NCBI RefSeq assembly: GCF_036365525.1
Contig: NC_090379.1
Location: 55,181,805 to 55,245,804, forward strand
DNA length: 64,000 bases
DNA from: Heterodontus francisci
Taxonomy: Eukaryota
Direction of reading: 5' to 3'
Shown: positions 11,842 through 25,517 of the stretch, piece after piece
Layout: every line of letters begins with the position of its first letter
Position numbering within the stretch: position 1 is the first letter of the stretch
Translations under genes and position numbers: made by a program
The notes under the pieces: generated by a model
Told to the model about the DNA's origin: nothing
Database searches by the model: none
What the model saw: the letters and a program-made list of their open reading frames with translations, nothing else

Positions 11842-12477
11842 GGCCAGGAAATTTCTTGGTGCAAACTAGACTAATACCTGGAATGGGCGGGTTGTCTTAT
11901 GAGGAATGGTTGGACAGGCTAGGCTTGTATCTGCTGGAGTTTAGAAGAGAAAGTGGCAACTTTTGATTGAAACATATAAGATCTTGAGGGGTCTTGACAG
12001 GTTGGATGTGGAAAGGATGTTTCCACTTGTGGGAGAATCTAGACCTAGGGTTCACTGTTTAAAAATAAGGGGTTGCCCATTTAAGAGAGAGATGAGGAGA
12101 AACTTTTTCTCTCAGAAGGTCGTGAGTCTTTGCAACTCTCTTCCTCAAAAGGTGGTGGAAGCAAAGTCTTTGAATACTTTTAAGGCAGAGGTAGATAGAT
12201 TCTTGATAAGCAAGGGAGTGAAAGGTTTTCGGGGGTAGGCGGGAATGTGGAGTAGAGGTCACAATCAAATCAGCCAAGATCTTGTTGAATGGTGGAGCAG
12301 GCTCGAGGGGCCAAATGGTCTACTCCAGCTCTTAATTTGTATGGTCGTATGTATCCCTCAGTGTTACTTGGCTGAAAGTGCAGTGAAACCCCAGTTTAGG
12401 CCATAAATGGGGTTTCTGCCATATTTCTGGCAAAGTGATGCCAGTGAGATGGAGCAGCTTTGAGGAATTTCCTGGCT
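11842..12477. mobile_element. Short Harbinger-type MITE interrupted by a CR1 tail
   Basis: TIRs ggccaggaaatt / aatttcctggct; 3-bp TSD ATA/ATA. Confidence 0.65.
11866..12353 (+). mobile_element. CR1 3' fragment
   Basis: IETYKILRGLDRLDVERMFPLVGESRPR...FFSQKVV; 3'UTR ending cgtatgta. Confidence 0.85.
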
Positions 12478-12889
12478 ATAATTTTTTCTTGGGACATCCT
12501 TTCTATTTACTATGTTGTCAATTTTATTTGTAATTCATAAGCCTGTTGAAAGGGCCACAATAAAAGCTAGATTTCTGTAAATATTTAAGTAGGATACTAC
12601 ATTTTGTAAAACCCAAATATCAGCTATGCAATCCCTCTATAAACAGCAACTTGAAAGCAAACAATAACTGTCTTTTGAGTTTTTTGTTTCCATTCATTTA
12701 AACCAGGTTGTCAAACATATATAGCCCTTCTTTCTGGCCCACTGGGAGCTCCTTCCTGGGTGCGGCTCTTTACATACCTGTGCCTTTAAATTTCGCACCA
12801 CTCCATGACATCAGCACCCCTTCCCAGAGATGCAGCCTTCTTCACATCTATGCCCCTACCACAATCGCACCCCGCACCACTCAAGTGTG

Positions 12890-13400
12890 ACCAGAATTAG
12901 GACTGCGGTGGAGGCTACTGTGGGGGAGGGGGGGGCAGCAGATTGGGATTCAGTAGGGGTAGAAGATTGGGGCTCTGGAAATGGGGGTCGGGGAGCGAGG
13001 GTGTTGGAGCTGATTGGGATGAGGAGAGAAAGGAGCAGCAAGAGATTGGGGCAGAGAGGGGAATATCAGAAGATTGGGGCTCGGGCAGGGGGCGGATTGG
13101 GAATCTGTGGCCAGGCAGGAGACTGGAACAGAGAGGGGGATGTCTGGAGACTAGAACTCATGGAGGTAGAGGGATGAGAGATTGGGAGAGGGAGGGGGAG
13201 ATAGATCGCAAAGGCGGTGGGACTGGGGGCTCAAAGACTGGGAAATAGGGGTTGGGGTTGGTTTTGGGGTTCAGGGATGAATGGGGGAATGTGTTACGGA
13301 AGTTGGTTGGGGGGGCAGAGAGAGAAACAGAGGGTTGAGGGATTGGGGTTGGGCAGAGAAAGAGGACTAGGAAATGGATTGGGGTTGTATGGGTGTGGTG
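12890..13400. repeat. Purine/G-rich low-complexity tract (probably internal to a decayed non-autonomous DNA element, ~12730-14020)
   Basis: Repeated gattggg/agagggg units. Confidence 0.6.
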
Positions 13401-15004
13401 CCCAGCATTTCCTGCAGAGCCAGGAGCAGCAGCAACTATGAGTGCGAGAGGCAATGAAAGAGAGACAGTGAAGGTGTGAGAAAAACCTGGGGTCTTTATT
13501 GTGGCTAAACAGTGAAAGATTGTTTCTACTGGTGGGCGAAATGAGGGACAAGGATACAGAGAATGAGGATACTCACTACATGCAGGGAGTGCATGCCCTG
13601 ATTTTACATCACAAGCTCCAATAAATGCAGAAGTGATGTGCAGAAGAAGAGTACGGGCTGGCAGCAGCCCACTGTAATGCTGTAGAACTGCGAGAAGCAC
13701 TCCTGCTCCTCCATGCTCCACTGAAGGCAAGGTAAAGAAAAACACTCCCTATAATTTCTTAGTTCAGTTCACTGTCGTGCTCAAAATAAATAGATGGATC
13801 TTGCACAGCCCAGGTTACACCTAGTTTTTCATGCATTTTGCAGAAGTGTCCTGAAATAGTGTAAGATCTTTCTTTGCTTGAAATCAGGTTTGGATCAACT
13901 TAAATCTGCAACCACCAAGTTGCCATGCAGATTAAGTGCCAGACCTCCTGCCCAGAAATTGAACGACATTGCACCAGTTTTAAGCCCAGAAAATGGGCAA
14001 AATGCTACTAATTTCTACCTGATTGGGAATTTTAACATGGACCAGCATGTGGATTAATGTGCAGATAAGAGGTTAAAGTGGCAGAAAATGTGAGTGTGTC
14101 GGGAAGCCGGCTCCAATGTGCCAACTTCCGCCTTTAACTCAGGCGCATTGGACTTGTTGTGCAGAACCCCCTCGGAAAAGGCAGCTAACGATTTAAATAT
14201 TGTAACCATTCAATTGCAGTGATATTTAACCCAGTTTCAAACTTAGCTGCGTAACCATGGGTTTCCTGGGCTTCCCAAATCTTGCCGTTTAAACCAAAGT
14301 GAGAACACAACAGCAATTCATAGGGCTCATTAAAAGTCACGCAAATACCCCAATAAATTTTCTGCAATCACAGCAACTTTCTTCCGCACTAGGATTTGTT
14401 CACAGAACTTTGGCTGAGAGTTTGCTTTCTACATTTCCGAGGTTTTGTGAATCAGATCAGGGTGCATGGCACCTTGGTTGTCTTAGATTGGATAAGGAGC
14501 AATATAACAATCAGCAGCAGCTGACTGTTTGCAAACCGACAGCTGGACTGCAACATCTGTCTTTAACAAGGAAGAAGGTGCTGCTGGAGTCATAGTGAAT
14601 AAGGACATAGCTGAGATACTGGATGGGTGAAAAATTGATAAAGATGAGTTATTGGGTGGGCTGGCAGTACTAAATTTGATAAGCCACCAGGACTGAATGG
14701 GATGGATCCAATGATGTTGAGGGAAGTAAGGGCAGAAATTGCGTAAGTGCGGGCCATAATCTTCTAATCGTCCTCAGGTGGTGTCAGAGGACTGGAAAAT
14801 TGCAAATGTTACACCCTTATTCAAAAAAGGGTGTATGGGTAAACCCAGCAGCTACAGGTCAGTCAGTTTAACCTCAATGGTGGGAAAGCTTTTAGACATG
14901 ATAATCCAAGACAAAATTAAGTGTCACTTGGACAAGTGTAGATTAATTGGGAAAATCAGCACAGATTTGTTAAAGGCAAATCATGCTTAACCAACTTGAT
15001 TATT

Positions 15005-15805
15005 TTTTATACTTTCACGGGATGTGTGCGTCGCTGGCTAGGCCAGCATTTATTACCCATTCCTAATCACCTTCTTGAACTGCTGCAGTCCATGTATTGC
15101 AGGCACACCCACAGTGATATTAGGAAGGGAGTTCCAGGATTTTGACCCAGTGACAGTAAAGAAATGGCAATATAGTTCCAAGTCAGGATGGTGTGTGGCT
15201 TGGAGGGGAACTTGCAGCTGGTGGTGTTCCCAAGCTTCTACTGCCCTTGTCCTTCTAAGTGATAAGAGGTCATGGGTTTGGAAGGTGCTGTCGAAGGAGC
15301 CTTGGTGAGTTGTTGCAGTGCATCTTGTCCTTGGTACACACTGCTGCCACTGTGCGCCAGTGATGGAGGAAATGAATGTTGAAGGTTGTGGATGGAGTGC
15401 CAATCAAGTGGGCTGCTTTGTCCTGGATGGTGTCGAGCTTCTTGGGTGTTGTTGGAGCTGCACCCATCCAGGCAAGTGAAGAGTATTCCATCACGCACCT
15501 GACTTGTGCCTTGTAGATGGTGGACAGGCTTTGGGGAGTCTGGAGGTGAGTTATTCGCCGCAGAATTTCCAGCCTCTGACCTGCTATTGTAGCCACAGTA
15601 CTTATATGGCTGGTTCTGTTCAGTTTCTGGTCAATAGTAACCCCCAGGATATTGATGGTGGGGGATTCAGTGATTGTACTGCCATTGAATGTCAACGGGA
15701 GATGGTTAGATTCTTTCTTGTTGGAGATGGTCATTGCCTGGCACTTGTGTGGTGCAAATGTTACTTGCCACTTATCAGCCCAAGCCTGAATGTTGTCCAG
15801 GTCTA
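15005..15805 (-). mobile_element. CR1-clade family B LINE 3' fragment
   Basis: DLDNIQAWADKWQVTFAPHKCQAMTIS...ILGVTIDQKL; tail as at 1-203. Confidence 0.88.
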
Positions 15806-16161
15806 GACTGAGTTTTTTGATGATGTGACAGAGAGGTTTGTGAGAGTAATGCGGTTGATGTGGTCTATATGGACTTCCAAAAGGCATTTGAGAGTGCCAC
15901 ATAATAGGCTTGCCAGCAAATTTGAAGCCAATGGAATAAAAGGGACAGTGCAGCATGAATACAAAATTGGCTGAATGACAGGAAACACAGAGTAATGATG
16001 AACAGTTGTTTGTCAGACTGGAGGAAGGGTCGGTGCTAGGTCCACTGTTTTTTATATATATATTAATGACCTAGACTTGGATATACATGGCACAATTTCA
16101 AAATTTGCAGATGACACAAAACTTGGAAGTACTGGGGAATAGTGGTAGTCTTTAAGAAGAC

Positions 16162-16652
16162 TGTTACTGGACTAGTAATCCAGAGGCCTGGACTAATGCT
16201 CCAGGGATCTCAGTTTAAATCCCACCATGGCATCTGGGGGAATTTAAATTCAATTATTTAATAAACCTGGGACAAAATGCCAGTCTCATTAATAATGATC
16301 ATGAAACTACTGATTGTCATAAAAACCCATCTGGTTCACTAATGTCCTTCAGGGGAGGAAAACTGCCATCCTTACCTGGTCTGCCCTACTCATGACTCCA
16401 GCTCCACAGCAATGTGATTGACCCTTAACTGCCTTCTGAAATGGCCTAGCAAGCTACTCAGTTGTATCAAACCACTTGATGAGGAGGATGATCATGAAAA
16501 ATCAAAACTTACAGTGAGAGTACCTACCCCACATGGAGTGCAGCGGTTCAAGAAGGCGGCTCACCACCACCTTCTCAAGGGCAATTAGGAATGGGCAATA
16601 AATGCTGGCCCGGCCAGTGAGGCTTACATCCAAAAATGAATTGAAAAAAAAT
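16162..16652 (+). mobile_element. tRNA-derived SINE with family B LINE tail
   Basis: Head ggactagtaatccagaggcc...gtttaaatccc (B box); tail matches 1-203. Confidence 0.75.
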
Positions 16653-17235
16653 TAATATGGACAGGCTGGGGGAATGGGTGGTCCTGGGGCAGATGCAATT
16701 TAACGCAGAGAAATGTGAATTGATACGTCTTGGTAGGAAGAAGGAGGAGAGGCAAATATAAACTAAGGGATACAATTCTAAAGGAATGCAGGAACAGAGA
16801 GACCTGGAGGTATATGTGCACAAATCAGTGAAGGTGGTAGGGTAGGTTAAGAAAGTGGTTAAAAAGGCTTACGGGATCCTGGGCTTTATGACGAGAAGCA
16901 TAGAGTACAAAAACAAGGAGGTTATGATGAAATAAGAACAGAAAATGCAGGGAATACTCAGCAGGTCAGGCAGCATCTGTGGAGAGGGAAACAGAGCTAA
17001 CGGGCTAAATTTATCCGGATAGCAGAAGCGAGATTGGAAGTGTGGGGGGGGGGGGGGGGGGGTGGGGGCCGAAAAATCGGAAGGGGATGCGCTCGCCCAG
17101 AAAGCCGACCTCATGACGGCAGGAAAGTTCCAAGGCGGGGTTGCCACTAGGACATGGCAAGATTGTAATTTGAATTGCTGAACAGGTACTTAGTATGCAT
17201 TTGTATGGACCTCACTCCGATTTATGAAGGGTTTT

Positions 17236-19729
17236 GAGTTTAATTAGAATTAGAATTAGAATATTACAGCGCAGTACAGGCCCTTCGGCCCTCGATGTTG
17301 CGCCGAGCTGTGAAACCATCTGACCTACACTATTCCATTTTCATCCATGTGTCTATCCAATGTCCACTTAAATGCCCTTAAAGTTGGCGAATCTACTACT
17401 GCTGCAGGCAGGGCATTCCACGCCCTTACTACTCTCTGAGTAAAGAAACTACCTCTCACATCTGTCCTATATCTATCACCCCTCAACTTGAAGCTATGTC
17501 CCCTCGTGTTTGCCATCACCATCCGAGGAAAAAGACGCTCACTATCCACCCTATCTAACCCTCTGATTATCTTATATGTCTCTATTAAGTCACCTCTCCT
17601 CCTCCTTCTCTCCAACGAAAACAACCTCAAGTCCCTCAGCCTTTCCTCGTAAGACCTTCCCTCCATACCAGGCAACATCCTAGTAAATCTCCTCTGCACC
17701 CTTTCCATAGCTTCCACATCCTTTCTATAATGCGGTGACCAGAACTGCACGCAATACTCCAGGTGCGGTCTCACCAGAGTCTTGTACAGCTGCAGCATGA
17801 CCTCGTGGCTCCGAAACTCGACCCCCCTACTAATAAAAGCTAACACACCATATGCCTTCTTGACAGCCCTATTAACCTGGTTAGCAACCTTCAGGGATTT
17901 ATGCACCTGGACACCAAGATCTCTCTGCTCATCTACACTAACAAGAATCTTCCCATTAGCCCAGTACTCTGCATTCCTGTTACTCCTTCCAAAGTGAATC
18001 ACCTCACACTTTTCCGCATTAAACTCCATTTGCCATCTCTCAGCCCAGCTCTGCAGCCTATCTATGTCTCTCTGTACCCTACAACATCCTTCGGCACTAT
18101 CCACAACTCCACCGACCTTAGTGTCATCTGCAAATTTACTAACCCACCCTTCTACACCCTCTTCCAGGTCATTTATAAAAATGACAAACAGCAATGGCCC
18201 CAAAACAGATCCTTGCGGTACACCACTAGTAACTAAACTCCAGGATGAACATTTGCCATCAACCACCACCCTCTGTCTTCTTTCAGCTAGCCAATTTCTG
18301 ATCCAAAGCTCTAAATCACCTTCAACCCCATACTTCCGTATTTTCTGCAATAGCCTACCGTGGGGAACCTTATCAAACGCCTTACTGAAATCCATATACA
18401 CCACATCCACTGCTTTACCCTCATCCACCTGTTTGGTCACCTTCTCGAAAAACTCAATAAGGTTTGTGAGGCACGACCTACCCGTCACAAAACCGTGCTG
18501 ACTATCTCTAATGTACTTATTCTTTTCAAGATGATTATAAATCCTGTCTCTTATAACCTTTTCCAACATTTTACCCACAACCGAAGTAAGGCTCACAGGT
18601 CTATAATTACCAGGGCTGTCTCTACTCCCCTTCTTGAACAAGGGGACAACATTTGCAATCCTCCAGTCTTCCGGCACTATTCCTGTCGACAATGACGACA
18701 TAAAGATCAAGGACAAAGGCTCTGCAATCTCCTCCCTAGCTTCCCAGAGAATCCTAGGATAAATCCCATCTGGCCCAGGGGACTTATCTATTTTCACACT
18801 TTCCAAAATTGCTAACACCTCCTCCTTGTGAACCTCAATCCCATCTAGCCTCGTAGCCTGAATCTCAGTATTCTCAACAACATTTTCTTTCTCTACTGTA
18901 AATACTGACGCAAAATATTCATTTAACACTTCCCCTATCTCCTCTGATTCCACACACAACTTCCCACTACTATCCTTGATTGGCCCTAATCTAACTCTAG
19001 TCATTCTTTTATTCCTGATATACCTATAGAAAGCCTTAGGGTTTTCCCTGATCCGATCCACCAATGACTTCTCGTGTCCTCTCCTTGCTCTTCTTAGCTC
19101 TCCCTTTAGATCCTTCCTGGCTAGCTTGTAGCTCTCAAGCACCCTAACTGAGCCTTCACGTCTCATCCTACCATAAGCCTTCTTCTTCCTCTTGACAAGC
19201 GCTTCAACTTCTTTAGTAAACCACGGCTCCCTCGCACGACAACTTCCTCCCTGCCTCACAGGTACATACTTATCAAGGACACGCAGTAGCTGCTCCTTGA
19301 ATAAGCTCCACATTTCGATTGTTCCCATCCCCTGCAGTTTCCTTCCCCATCCTACGCATCCTAAATCTTGCCTAATCGCATCATAATTTCCTTTCCCCCA
19401 GTTATAATTCTTGCCCTGCGGTATATACCTGTCCCTGCCCATCGCTAAGGTAAACCTAACCGAATTGTGATCACTGTCACCAAAGTGCTCACCTACATCT
19501 AAATCTAACACCTGGCCGGGTTCATTTCCCAGTACCAAATCCAATGTGGCATCGCCCCTGGTTGGCCTGTCTACATACTGTGTCAGAAAACCCTCCTGCA
19601 CACACTGGACAAAAACTGACCCATCTAAAGTACTCGAACTATAGTATTTCCAGTCGATATTTGGAAAGTTAAAGTCCCCCATAACAACTACCCTGTTACT
19701 CTCACCCCTGTCGAGAATCATCTTCGCTA
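17236..19729 (-). mobile_element. Young 5'-truncated CR1 (HER1-like) LINE
   Basis: Uninterrupted ORF2 from mid-endonuclease to the stop codon; (ttctaa)n tail. Confidence 0.95.
17325..19729 (-). CDS. CR1 ORF2, partial APE endonuclease plus complete reverse transcriptase (~800 aa, 5'-truncated)
   Basis: MGDFN, PTRGDATLDL, SDH, GVPQGSVLGP and KFADD motifs; no stop codons. Confidence 0.9.
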
Positions 19730-20199
19730 ATAAATGGTGCAGGGGGATCAGGTGCCTTCTGATCCCCACCTGGTTAAAAGTGATGGTACCGAGACGAGGC
19801 CTCAGTGCCGCCCTGGGAAAGCAGCCATGAGGAGCACTGGATGATTGCAGGAAGGGAAACAGAGGGGTGGCGGCTATTGCCTGACAGCGGAGCAGCTCTC
19901 ATGACAAACGTGGGTGTATGGAGGCTGCAGCCCTCTCGACAAGCGTGGGTGCAGGGAGGCTGCAGCCCTCACGGCAAGCGTGGGCTTTGTCTCCGGAGGT
20001 GGGCTCTCTGCAAGGCTGGGCCCTGAGGGACATTAGCCTGTGTTCAGAGGGGAGTGGCAAGGGGAAAGTTCCAAAGGCCACGGCCTCTTTCCAGGGACAG
20101 CGCATAGGAGGGGGAGCAACCAGCTGGCATGGGTCTCATACGCCCAGTCTTTTTAGAACCACAAGCTGCGCAGCAGTGACTCAGAGGGAAGTAGGCCAG

Positions 20200-21260
20200 G
20201 CAGCAGCTGGGCAAACTGGTGAAGATAGACTAGGGGAGCCACAACAGCCGGCCGGACTAAGAAGGGTATATCTGCAGCACAGAGTGTACTGGACTTGCTT
20301 CAACCACCTCCAAATGTCCGCGCAGCAGTGTCAGTGAAGACTGAAGCTCTCTGGGGAGGCTGTCACTTGTGCGCTATGCTGCCGGATGAACTGCAACCCA
20401 TGTGCTTGGTGGACACCCAATGCCCATGGGCCTGAAGATCACCTGGGCATTCAAGTTTTACGCCTCTGGCTGTTTCCAGGGATCCACTGGGGAAATGTGT
20501 GGGGTCTCCCAGGCAGCAGCCCACCGTGGCATCAAGGAGGTAACCAATGCCTTGTTCAAGGGGGGCTGGCAACTATGTGTGGGGTGGGACCACACTGGAC
20601 AGACAGACAAAGGGGGGGCATCAGATTCAGAGCCATCGCTGAATCTCCACATGTGCAATGTGTCATTAATTGCACTTATGTAGCCATCAAGGCTCCCACA
20701 GAGCAACCAGCCGCCTTCATCAACAGGAAGGGTTTCCATTCCATTAATGTTCAACTGGTCTGCGACCACCGAAGCGTTTCCTGCAGATGTGCCTGCTTCC
20801 CGGGAAGCAGCCACAGCACCTACACACTTCGACAGCCCCAGGTGCCAAAGCTTTTCCAGACCCCCTTCACCTTCCAGGATAGATCCTCGGGGACAAGGGC
20901 CACCCATTGATGACTGTGAGGAATCCATTCACTGCAGCAGAGGAGAGGTACAACACCTGCAAAAAAGTCCACCTGAGTGTCCATCGAGCAGGCCATTGGG
21001 CTGGTGAAAGTGAGGTTCTGGAACCTGGATCAATCTGGTGGAGCCCAACAGTATGCCCCAGCGAGGGTCTGACCTATCATGGTGGTCTGCTGTGCTTTGC
21101 ACAATCTAACACTGCAGAGGGGGAAGGCTTTACATCCAGAGGACATGATCGAGTGCCACTGCTGCTGGGCAGGCAACACAGGATGATGAAGCCCTTGAAT
21201 GGTGAGGGCCATTGAGAGATGTGCAAAGGAGGCTCGGGACAATCTCATACATACCCGGTT
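20200..21260 (+). pseudogene. Harbinger (HARBI1-like) DDE transposase remnant
   Basis: FYASGCFQGSTGEMCGVSQAAAHRGIKEVTNALF; CTYVAIKAP...FINRKGFHSINVQLVCDH; multiple frameshifts. Confidence 0.85.
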
Positions 21261-22559
21261 CCTGTCACCATGATGCTCCTTCCAAGTGAACTCAATAAAG
21301 ACTCACCTCACTGTAGTCCACGTGTTGCCTCTTTCCTATCGCACTCCCACATCTTGTGCCCAGGCTCACCAGGCGCACTCATAGAGCTGAGAAGGTTACC
21401 GACTGTACGCAGCTTGCCTCTGTACTGGCAGCTCATTGAGGGAGCACATGTGAAGGTGGCATTTGACAAGGCAGCATGGAAAATATGAGAAATTCTCAAC
21501 AATGAAAGTGACTGCCATTTATTGAAATGTTCACAATACCCAATAACAAGACCGATTTGTACACACCTGTGAAACCCCAAGTGCGTCTAGCTGCTCTTCT
21601 TCATGCACTTCTGTAAGCTTCTATGAAGTGGTCTCCCCTGTTGTGGCAGCTGAGGTGAAGGCAGGCTGCAGAACACACTGCCTCGTGGCCTGGGATGACT
21701 TTGATGGGCATCCTTTGCCTGTTTGAGGCCTGGAGGGCCCTGCCTGGCTCTTATCTCTTTCTGCAACTTCAGCATGTTCTGTGCTGCTGACACCAGAGGC
21801 TCATCATCAGTCCAGGGCTCAGCATGGGCCTGGCCTCCCACAGACCTCCGACAGTCGGTGGCCTCACCTGTCTCGGCCTCTGTCAGCTGCTCGGATGTGT
21901 GTGTGGTGCTGTCACCCGCTTGTGACCCTGCATCTCAGCCCAAGCGCATACCCACTGGTATGACAGCATCTACGCTGGTGGATGGTGCAGGGAAACAGTG
22001 TGATAGTGCACCATCTGAGGATTCTTCCTCCATGTCCTCAGAGAACGACAGGATTCCAGTGGCACCAGCAGATGATTTTCCATCCAAGGTTCCACAACGC
22101 GCATGAGAAAACACAAATATTTAGGGGTTCTGCTGCATGGATCTGGCTATGCCAACCATGCGTGATGTCGTTCCCTAGAAGGGTGATTGCGGGCACATGA
22201 ACATAATACCTCCTCACTCTCTTGGGTGGACACTCCAATCTCTCTGTCTGTTATGGATCAGTCGCCCTGGGAGCCCACTAATTCCAGGGCCATCTCCTCT
22301 GCCGGGGTCAGTTCTCGGAAATCCAGGATCCCACCTCCAGTCTTCACCCTTTTCTGAGTGTTGTGGGCCATTTTCTCCTGCAAGCAAAAAGAGGGACACT
22401 GTTAGTCTTCCCACAGAGACCAGCTGGAGACTTGTTCTGTTTTCAGCCCTCGGCCCTTGATCGGGGCTTCTGAATGCCTCCTCATGTGGGGTCTCAAGGG
22501 ACGTTCGGGGGGGGGGTCAAGCTAGGCCAAAAGGCCAGCTGTCACAGATCTGAAACACT

Positions 22560-23512
22560 GGGCTGAACTTTATCAGCTTGTCATGGTTCCCAGCGACGGC
22601 ACTGGATGAAGGTGTCATCGCCGCATGTTATGTATGCAGCTGGCCAAACACGATCACACAGGAGGCACAGGGCCCATCCCATTGGAGGATGGGGACAGGC
22701 AACAAGGCTGAGATATATGAAAGTGCCGGGGCCATATTTAAAGCACTGTCAGCCCTGCTTGAACTGCTGCTTTACTTAGTGAGTTTGATCCTGCTTTGCC
22801 TTTGTGTTGCTGTGCTGCTGACTCCCCCCAGGCTGGGGCCCCTGTGCTGTTGACTGTTTACCCTGTGCTGATGTGGTACTGACACCCCTGACTGTAGACC
22901 CTCTGCTGCTGTGGTACTTACAACCCTGGCTAGAGGCCCTGTGCAGCTGACACCCCTGGCTGGAGACCCTGTACTGCTGGTACTCCTGGCTGGAGACCCT
23001 GCAGATTCACCTCCAGGCTGTAAGGGAAAGGCAGGAGCTCCTCTTCCCAAGAGACGGCAGGAAGAAACCATTCTGCCTGACCAAGCTAGTCTGGATGGAG
23101 ATTGCAGAGGACATCAGCCACCATGAGGTCACCCTCCGAAATGGCGTCAGGTGCCACAAGAGGGTCAATGTCCTCCTTCACACCGCCAAGGTTGGTCCAT
23201 CTTTGGGCCTTGCATATGGCCATGTGGGAGAGAGCGTGACATGGTTAGGGAATGATTTCAAAGAGGGTGGCAAGGGGCTGAGGCAACAGCACATTCATGT
23301 CAGATGCATCTGCATTAGTCTCAGCTGACGGTGCTATCGGCACCTCATCACCTGCCCCCATCCTCCAGTGGGATGGGCCCTACTCCTCCTGCATTCAAAT
23401 GGGCTGGTCAGTGCATGATCGCGGTTGGCCAGCTGCATATTTAATGCGCGCCAATGACACCCTCATCTGGTGCCGTCACCAGAAACCAGGATGAGCTGAT
23501 CAAATTCAGCCC
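22560..23512. mobile_element. Harbinger-type non-autonomous element
   Basis: 19-bp TIRs gggctgaactttatcagct / agctgatcaaattcagccc (2 mismatches); internal degenerate ~30-bp repeats. Confidence 0.7.
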
Positions 23513-23539
23513 AATGCTTCAGATCTGTGACAGGAACAG

Positions 23540-23576
23540 ATTTCTGATGAAAGGTCACAGACCTGAAATGTTAACT
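23540..23576 (+). ncRNA. Hammerhead variant from a second pLTR subfamily
   Basis: CTGATGA-a-AGGTC-aca-GACCT-GAAA; stem II shows a compensatory change relative to other copies. Confidence 0.6.
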
Positions 23577-25106
23577 CTGTTTCGCTTTCCATAGATGCTG
23601 CCAGACCTGCTGAGTATTTCCAGCATTTTCTGTTTTTATTTCAGATCTCCAGCATCCGCAGTATTTTGCTTTTGTATTAGAAGTTATGATGAGACTTTAT
23701 AGAACATTGGTTCAGTCTCAACTGGAGTTCTGGGCACTGCACTTTGGAAGGATGTGAAGGTACTAGGGAGGATGTAAAAAAGATTTATGAGAATGTTTCC
23801 ATGGATGAGGGACTTCAGTTATGTGGATAGGTTGAAGAAGTTGTGGTTCTTCTTAGAGAAGGTTGAGAGGATATTTAATAGAGGTGTTCAAAATCTTGAG
23901 GGGTCTGGATAGAATAGATAGAGAGAAATTGTTCCCTTTGGCAGAAGGGTTGAGAACCAGAGAGAACAGAGTTAAAGTGATTGGCATAAGAACCAAAGGC
24001 GACGTAAGGAAAAACATTTTTACATAGTAAGTGGTTAGGACCTGGAATGTCCTGTCTGAAAGGGTGGTACAGGGAGGTTTAATCGTGGCTTTCAAAACAG
24101 AATTGGAAAAGCACTTGAAAAGAAAAAAATTGCAGGCATACAGGGTAAGAGCAGGGGAGTGGGACTATTTAAGGAGGAACAAGGCGCAGAGCACACATTG
24201 TCTACGGACGAATCTGAGGAGGAGGACGATGTTGACATCAATACAGCACCATTTTCTCGCCTTGCTGCTAGGCATGCCCTTATTAATGTAAGGTTCAGTT
24301 GGCTGCCACTACAGGACAAATGTAAGAAGTACAATCAATGTCCACTTAACCATCACCTCCACCTATACTACTGACACATAACAGTCCTGCAAGCAACCAA
24401 CCAAGTACCCATTGCACATGCCCCCAATGGTGTCTCTAAATTCATGTCTTCCCATTCATCATCAAGCAACTGAAAAGGCAACTTGCGATCCAGCAACCAA
24501 GAATGGGTAACATGGAAAGTGGTGCAAAGTAATAAATTTTATGTGATTCTACAAAAGAATGGAAACTTCACAGCATAACATTTTCTCATACACCAATGTT
24601 CATACCCTTGGTAAACTATAAAGGTTTACTCTTTTCCAACCACTGCTATTTGGTGTAACCCCTGTAGATCCCTGCTTCGACTGCTGAGATACTCTTGGCT
24701 GACATCCTCAGAGTTTGGAGCCCAGGAGGGGCAGACTTGGCTATCAACAGAGGAGGCATCATGTCATGTACTGGCTGGGGGAGCAGTGTGGGGTGTGCAA
24801 CAGGTGAGTAGTGCAAGTGCTTTGAGTTGAGTCCCTGCTTCCATGTCGCCTTTCGCCATCATCCCTCTCTTGGGCCAGCTGCACTTCACTGCTACCACTA
24901 TGCTGGAGAGCAGTTTGGTGCAGATCAGTGAAATGCTATAAATCAATGCAAATGTATTTGACATCCTATTTAAGGTGGTAGACATATTGGCATCCAGAGT
25001 TTGCATGGCTGTGGTCAAAGTCTGCACGGACTCATCTAATTGCCAAGATTAATGTTCCATAGAATTGGCCTCTCTCACCACGGAAGAGGACATCACCACA
25101 ATACCA

Positions 25107-25517
25107 GGGACGGTGGTATAGTGGTAATGATACTGGTCTAGTAATCCAGAGGCCTGGACTAATGCTCTGGAGACATGAGTTCAAATCCCACTATGGTAGC
25201 TGTGGGGGATTTAAATTCAATGAATTAATAAATCTGGAATAAAATACTGGTCTCATTCATAATGATCATGAAACTGTCATAAAAACCCATCTGGTTCACT
25301 CGTGTCCTCAAGCGAGGAAATCTGTTGTCCTTACCTGGCCTACATATTACTCTAGACCCACAGCAATGTGGTTGACTCATAACTAACTTCTGAAATGGCC
25401 TAGAAAGCCACTCAGTTATTGGTGGCTCACCACCACCTGCTCAACGGCAATTAGGGATGGCAAATAAATGCTGGCCCTGCTAGTGATGCTCACATCCCAA
25501 GAAGAAATTAAAAAAAA
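25107..25517 (+). mobile_element. tRNA-derived SINE with family B LINE tail
   Basis: A box tggtatagtgg at 25114; B box gagttcaaatcc at 25177; LINE-like tail and A-run. Confidence 0.85.

Larger units (their letters stand above)
17002..23512 (+). mobile_element. Decayed PIF/Harbinger transposon (possibly composite)
   Basis: Ends gggctaaattt / aaattcagccc; 3-bp flanks AAC/AAT; transposase remnant at 20200-21260 and opposite-strand accessory gene remnant at 21590-22460. Confidence 0.75.
16931..23678. mobile_element. Penelope pLTR twin-arm insertion split by a Harbinger (16931-17001 and 23513-23678)
   Basis: pLTR(-) and pLTR(+); flanking duplication ggaggttatgatga / agaagttatgatga. Confidence 0.75.
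14600..24170 (+). mobile_element. Old CR1 ORF2 split into 14600-15005, 15806-16155, 16655-16930 and 23680-24170
   Basis: EDWKIANVTPLFKKG, YMDF.KAF, KFADDTK, QFNAEKCE and FFTQ-type motifs stay collinear across three inserts. Confidence 0.8.

Noticed and set aside
12830-13745. Gly-rich and Pro-rich ORFs
   Set aside because: Low-complexity purine tract; no domain motifs
19895-19985. ~35-bp tandem duplication in the Harbinger 5' region
   Set aside because: Simple local duplication with no evidence of function
25107-25195. tRNA gene
   Set aside because: A/B boxes belong to a SINE head; no intact cloverleaf, and it is followed by the SINE body and tail
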